A model generated the notes under the pieces. That model saw nothing but the letters and a program-made list of their open reading frames with translations, did no database searches and had not been told where the DNA came from. A stretch of DNA of 64,000 nt from Christensenellales bacterium (GTDB lineage Bacteria > Bacillota > Clostridia > Christensenellales > CAG-917). The stretch covers positions 3,671 to 67,670 of the forward strand of contig JBJETY010000036.1 of NCBI GenBank assembly GCA_051883555.1, given 5' to 3'. Both the position numbers and the translations under genes were made by a program. Shown in pieces: positions 59,119-64,000 of this stretch (the stretch's first letter is position 1; each line of letters opens with the position of its first letter).

Positions 59119-59727
59119 TCACTTTTTATAATGGAAAATGAACGCTTCCCCGTCCGTTATTTCGAATTTAACCGTTTCGTCCGTCGCTACGTTAGACATA
59201 CCGCGAGAAAGGTCGTCGCTTTTTATGGTCAGATTATCGAGAGGATATTTTACGCCGTACGCTTTTAAACACGTAACGGAGTTAAAAGGCATAACGGATA
59301 TCAGATCGCCGCATTGCGCGGCAAATTCGATATTAGATGCCGCATAAAAAATTTCAAGCGTTTTTCCGTTTACGTTGTCAATCGCCATAGCGTCGATACC
59401 GTTTTCCGCCGATTTTTTAATAAGGCTTAAATTCGCCAACTGGTGGTCAAGTCTGCCGCCCGTAACTCCGGAAAACACCGCCTTTTTATAACCGTTTTCA
59501 ATAGCGTATTCAAGACACAATTCACCGTCGGAATAATTCTTTTCAGACGGATATCTTATTGCGTTTTCCACGTCGCGCTCTTTTGACGAATCGAAATCGC
59601 CGATAACGACAACGGGTTTTACTCCGTATCCTTTTACTTTGTCGTAACCTCCGTCGGCGCATATAAGGTCGCCAAACGGCTGTGAAACGCTGTCACTGTT
59701 TAAAGCTATAAAACATTCTTTAAGCAT
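59119..59727 (-). CDS. thiN: Thiamine pyrophosphokinase
   Basis: ICADGG...VIGDFDS motif and a C-terminal thiamine-binding domain. 202 aa. Confidence 0.88.
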   Translation of the reverse strand: MLKECFIALNSDSVSQPFGDLICADGGYDKVKGYGVKPVVVIGDFDSSKERDVENAIRYPSEKNYSDGELCLEYAIENGYKKAVFSGVTGGRLDHQLANLSLIKKSAENGIDAMAIDNVNGKTLEIFYAASNIEFAAQCGDLISVMPFNSVTCLKAYGVKYPLDNLTIKSDDLSRGMSNVATDETVKFEITDGEAFIFHYKK

Positions 59728-60418
59728 TTAAAAGCTCCTTTATAACGAACTCGCCGATTTTTATCCCCGCCGCCGCAGGAGAAAAAGAAACACTTCCGGG
59801 AATATGTCTGCCGTTTTCGGTTATCTGCAAATCGGGTTTAATCGGAACGTCGCGGCTGAACAAAACTTTAAGAGATTTAATTCCCCTGTCTTTAAGTTCT
59901 TTGCGCATCACCTTGCAAAGCGGACAGACGCTTGTCGAATAAATATCGTCGATTATGAAATCGGTAGACAACTTATTTCCCGTCCCCATACAACTTATAA
60001 TTTTTACGCCGACGTTTTTTGCGTTTTCTATAAGCAAAAGTTTACTCGAAACGGTATCTATTGCGTCAACTATATAATCGAATTTTGAAAGGTCGATTTC
60101 GTCGGCTGTCGACTCGTCGTAAAACATTTCAAAAGGTCTGGCGTTGATTTTAGGGTTTATATCGAACATTCTGTCGCATATAACTTCAACCTTGCTCTTG
60201 CCTATGGTGCTGTGAGTCGCTATAATCTGCCTGTTGATGTTGCTAGGCGACACAAAATCGTTGTCTACAACGGCAATAGTGCCTATACCGCCCCTTGCTA
60301 AAATTTCCGCCACGTAGCCGCCTACTCCGCCCGCTCCGAAAACTACAACCTTAGATTTTTGCAGTTTTTCGACCGCGTCTTTGCCTATAAGCATTTCTTC
60401 TCTTTCAAAAATATTCAT
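59720..60418 (-). CDS. tcdA: tRNA threonylcarbamoyladenosine dehydratase (ThiF/MoeB-family, TcdA-like)
   Basis: Dinucleotide fold VVVFGAGGVGGYVAE...VDND and an NRQ motif. 232 aa. Confidence 0.85.
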   Translation of the reverse strand: MNIFEREEMLIGKDAVEKLQKSKVVVFGAGGVGGYVAEILARGGIGTIAVVDNDFVSPSNINRQIIATHSTIGKSKVEVICDRMFDINPKINARPFEMFYDESTADEIDLSKFDYIVDAIDTVSSKLLLIENAKNVGVKIISCMGTGNKLSTDFIIDDIYSTSVCPLCKVMRKELKDRGIKSLKVLFSRDVPIKPDLQITENGRHIPGSVSFSPAAAGIKIGEFVIKELLNA

Positions 60419-60779
60419 TCAACTAACCTCTGTTTTATGCGTACGATTACTTGCGTTGCGACGACTCTTACGCCGTCTTAACGCTTACAAATTAAATAAT
60501 TTTTTAGATAATCTCTAAATTTATTAAATAATTTTCTCAACGGTTTTAAGTATTATATAATAAAAGAATTTCCTAAGCAAGCGTTTAAATTTTACGACAA
60601 TCAAAATATTTTCGTCAGAATGCCGTCGCCGTTATATATACCCGTCGATTTTATAAAAAAATTAACTTTTAAACAAATTTAAATTTTATTTAATATTCAG
60701 ATGATAACGTTTATACGGATATATAGATAGCTTTAAAACAAAATATTATATATAAAAATTCCGATGGGAAACAGATTTA

Positions 60780-60808
60780 TTGACACGCAAATTTTTTAAT
60801 ATTATAAT
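60780..60808 (+). promoter_or_regulatory. Consensus sigma-A promoter upstream of the ABC transporter gene
   Basis: TTGACA (60780-60785), 17 nt, TATAAT (60803-60808). This leaves a leader of about 255 nt. Confidence 0.6.
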
Positions 60809-61070
60809 AACTTATCAATTTAAAGTTGATTATCATATTAAATCGTTTAACGCATTACGTGAACAGAATATTTTCATCGCCGTTTAGCGTGGCATACGTT
60901 TACAGAATATAAATCTATTCTCAACTTCTCGGCTTTATCAAAATCGTACAAGACGGAAAGGCCTTCGATGCGTATGCAGTTATTCGTTATATTACAAAGA
61001 CTCGATTTCGTGCAGATAAATTATCAAACCGTTCAACAACCCCACTCAACAAACTCTCGACAGGTGAAAA

Positions 61071-63836
61071 ATGCTTAAATTAAAAAACGTTAAAAAAGAC
61101 TATCTTTTGCAAGACAATTGCGTACATGCTTTAAAAGGTATCGATTTAACTTTCCGCAAAAACGAATTTGCTTCCATTTTAGGTCCGTCAGGCTGCGGAA
61201 AAACGACCACGCTCAACATTATCGGCGGACTTGACAGTTATACCGACGGCGACCTGATTATCGACGACACGTCGACAAAGGACTATAAATCCCGCGACTG
61301 GGATACTTACCGCAACCAAAAAATCGGTTTTATATTCCAAAGTTACAATCTTATACCGCATCTTACCGTACTTGCAAACGTCGAACTTGCGCTTACAATC
61401 TCGGGCATAAGCAGAAAAGAAAAAAGACAGATGGCTGTCGAAGCGTTGGAAAGAGTCGGCTTAAAAGAACAGATAAATAAAAAGCCTACACAGATGTCGG
61501 GCGGACAGATGCAACGAGTTGCCATTGCAAGAGCTATCGTAAACAATCCCGATATAATTTTAGCAGACGAACCGACGGGCGCTCTCGACAGCGTAACAAG
61601 CGTGCAGATTATGGATATTTTGAAAGAATTGTCCGAAGAAAAGCTTGTTATTATGGTTACGCATAATGCAGAACTCGCTAAAGAGTATTCGACAAGAATT
61701 ATTCGCCTTTTGGACGGCGAAATTCTGTCCGACTCGAATCCGCCGACAGATGAAGAAATCGCAAACGAAAAAATCGTCGAAGAAAAGTCTGAAGAAGAAT
61801 TCATAAACAAAACCGATTACGACGTAACGGATAAGGTCGCTTTCGACGAAAAAGAAAATTCGTCCGAAAAAGGCGATACGACGGCAAAAACAAAAAAACC
61901 GAAAAGCGGAAGAAAAAAGAAATCGTCTATGAATTTCTTTACCGCTCTTTCGCTTAGCGCAAGAAACCTTGTCACAAAAAAGCTCCGCACTTTCCTTACG
62001 ATTTTTGCAGGTAGCATTGGTATAATCGGCATAGCGTTGGTTCTTTCGTTGTCAAACGGCTTTACCCTTTATATGCAGGATATGGAACAGACAACGCTCA
62101 GCAGTTTCCCCGTCACGATAAGTGAAATCGGTTTTTCATTCGATATGGAAGCGGCGCAGAACGCCACTATCAAAGAAGGCTCTTATCCGTCGGACAACAA
62201 ATTAGTCCCTTACGACCCAAGCGATGAAATGGGCGGAATGAGTTTCTTTACAAACAGAATGACAACCGAATACGTCGATTACGTCAAGGCTATGGAAGAA
62301 CAGAATCCCGACTGGGCTGCAAGCGTGTCTTATAAACGCCTTGTGGAAATGCACCTTATAGCAAAAACGTCGTCGGGCGGTTATAAACTTGTCGACAACT
62401 ATTCGGAAGAAAAACAGATCTGGTGGCAGGAACTTTTAAGCGATAATTTCGTGCAGGACTATTATGATATAATCGACGGCCGTTATCCGCAAAATAAATT
62501 CGAAGCCGTCCTTGTCGTCGATTCGAACAACCGCATAAAAGCGGACGTCCTGAAAGCTATCGGAATCACCCCAACGACAATCGGAACAAACGACGACGGA
62601 ACGGTGAAGTACGGCAGCATCGATTTTTCCGATTTAATATCGACGGAAGGAAACGATAAACTTAAATTCCGCCTTGTTTTAAACGACGATTACTATACCA
62701 AAACTGCCGAAGACGGATATTACGTTGAAATGACGCAAGCAAATTATGAAAGCGCATATAACAATGCAAGCGGCGATTTTATTAAAATCGTAGGCGTCAT
62801 AAGAAACAAACAAAATAAAGATATCAGTTTCTTTAACGGCGGAATAGGCTATCTTTCAAGTCTTACGGATTACGTATTGGAAGATTCGGCAAGCTCGACA
62901 ATCGTTATCGAGCAGACAAACAACTTCACAGACCTTCTCGACCCGTCCAAAAAGGAATTTACTTTCGATTTTTCGGAATTCGATAAAATGATAACTCAAT
63001 CGGGCGTTCCGATTAAAACAGTTGCAACAATGATGAAGGGCTACGGTTTAATCACTAACGAACAGTACAACGAAATACAAAACGATCCCAACCTCAATTT
63101 TGAAATGATTTTCGAAAAAATCAAAAGCAACAAAGGTTCGACAGAACAAGCCGTATCTGCACTCTGCGACGTTATGGCAAACTTTATAAGTATCGACAAG
63201 AACACAATCCTTTCCGTTATATGCCCTGACTATGCAACAAGAATTTCGGAAATAGGCGCTTCTTCTATGCCAAGTTCGATATCGATATATCCGTCGTCTT
63301 ACGAAACGAAAAAGCAGATACTTTCATATCTCGATAAATATAACGAAGATAAAGAAGAAAAGGATCAGATACGCTATACCGACCTTGCGTCAACTATTAC
63401 CGACAGCATGTCTGAAATGATTGATATCATATCTTACGTCCTTATCGCGTTTGCGGCGATTTCGCTCTTCGTTTCGTCTATCATGATTGCAATAATCACA
63501 TATATATCCGTTCTCGAAAGGACGAAAGAAATAGGCGTACTGCGAAGCCTGGGAGCAAGAAAAATCGATATATCAAACGTGTTCAATGCAGAAACCATGA
63601 TAATAGGAGCTTCCAGCGGAGTATTAGGCGTGTGCATAGCGGCGATTTTAAACTTCCCTATCAATGCCATAATCACTAAACTCGCCGGCGGTTTAGTGGA
63701 AAACATAGCCAGACTCTCACCGCTTCACGGCATATTGCTCGTGCTTTTAAGTATCGCCTTAACCGTTATATCAGGTTTCATTCCGGCAATAATAGCGTCT
63801 AAAAAAGACCCTGTGGTCGCACTCAGAGCTAATTGA
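61071..63836 (+). CDS. Fused ABC transporter ATPase + FtsX/MacB-type permease
   Basis: Walker A GPSGCGKTT, signature MSGGQMQR, Walker B ILADEPTGALD, a K/E-rich linker, a large extracytoplasmic domain and a C-terminal FtsX 3-TM bundle. 921 aa. Confidence 0.9.
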   Translation: MLKLKNVKKDYLLQDNCVHALKGIDLTFRKNEFASILGPSGCGKTTTLNIIGGLDSYTDGDLIIDDTSTKDYKSRDWDTYRNQKIGFIFQSYNLIPHLTVLANVELALTISGISRKEKRQMAVEALERVGLKEQINKKPTQMSGGQMQRVAIARAIVNNPDIILADEPTGALDSVTSVQIMDILKELSEEKLVIMVTHNAELAKEYSTRIIRLLDGEILSDSNPPTDEEIANEKIVEEKSEEEFINKTDYDVTDKVAFDEKENSSEKGDTTAKTKKPKSGRKKKSSMNFFTALSLSARNLVTKKLRTFLTIFAGSIGIIGIALVLSLSNGFTLYMQDMEQTTLSSFPVTISEIGFSFDMEAAQNATIKEGSYPSDNKLVPYDPSDEMGGMSFFTNRMTTEYVDYVKAMEEQNPDWAASVSYKRLVEMHLIAKTSSGGYKLVDNYSEEKQIWWQELLSDNFVQDYYDIIDGRYPQNKFEAVLVVDSNNRIKADVLKAIGITPTTIGTNDDGTVKYGSIDFSDLISTEGNDKLKFRLVLNDDYYTKTAEDGYYVEMTQANYESAYNNASGDFIKIVGVIRNKQNKDISFFNGGIGYLSSLTDYVLEDSASSTIVIEQTNNFTDLLDPSKKEFTFDFSEFDKMITQSGVPIKTVATMMKGYGLITNEQYNEIQNDPNLNFEMIFEKIKSNKGSTEQAVSALCDVMANFISIDKNTILSVICPDYATRISEIGASSMPSSISIYPSSYETKKQILSYLDKYNEDKEEKDQIRYTDLASTITDSMSEMIDIISYVLIAFAAISLFVSSIMIAIITYISVLERTKEIGVLRSLGARKIDISNVFNAETMIIGASSGVLGVCIAAILNFPINAIITKLAGGLVENIARLSPLHGILLVLLSIALTVISGFIPAIIASKKDPVVALRAN

Positions 63837-63860
63837 TTTTCCGTGCATATATTAGTATAA

Positions 63861-64000
63861 GTTTAAACGCTAACTAATCTGAATGCTCACGCCTGTTTTA
63901 GCTTATGCTCGTTTATATACCGACTAATACAAACGCTCACGATTGTTTAGCTTATATGCGTTTAAACGCTAACCAATCTGAATACTCACGCTTCTTAGCT
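63861..64000. repeat. About 3 copies of a 49-bp degenerate tandem repeat (runs off the window)
   Basis: gtttaaacgctaactaatctgaatgctcacgc at 63861-63892 is nearly identical to 63960-63991 (2 mismatches). A diverged copy lies between them. Confidence 0.8.

Overview
Chromosomal, housekeeping-dense 64-kb window from a low-GC Firmicute of the Clostridia type. Synteny matches endospore formers: spoVT-yabM-mazG, spmA/spmB, metG-tatD-ksgA, DUF512-der, dnaD/dnaI. I call about 50 protein genes, one tRNA-Thr and two recognisable riboswitches: TPP before a ThiT fusion and preQ1-I before QueT. There are also many clean intrinsic terminators and several textbook sigma-A promoters. I saw no integrase, transposase, CRISPR array, rRNA or known defence gene. 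The four items most worth follow-up are these. (1) A small, compositionally foreign-looking two-gene cassette (73-aa protein plus 165-aa two-TM protein, 46502-47210) lies between the transketolase and folate operons. It is preceded by a 224-nt riboswitch-like leader I cannot assign to any known class, and a phased hairpin array lies further upstream. (2) Almost every intergenic region is long, AT-rich and built from locally unique degenerate tandem repeats of 15-50 bp, including inside operons (spmA|spmB, folE|folP). (3) Two uncharacterised genes follow ksgA; one has a promoter placed for a leaderless mRNA and the other has its SD buried in a terminator-like hairpin. (4) There are unusual transporter architectures: ThiT with an extra 5-TM N-terminal domain, an uncharacterised membrane-protein pair divergent from the folate operon, and charged low-complexity tails on several transporters. 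All function calls rest on motif and family recognition by eye; no database search was run.
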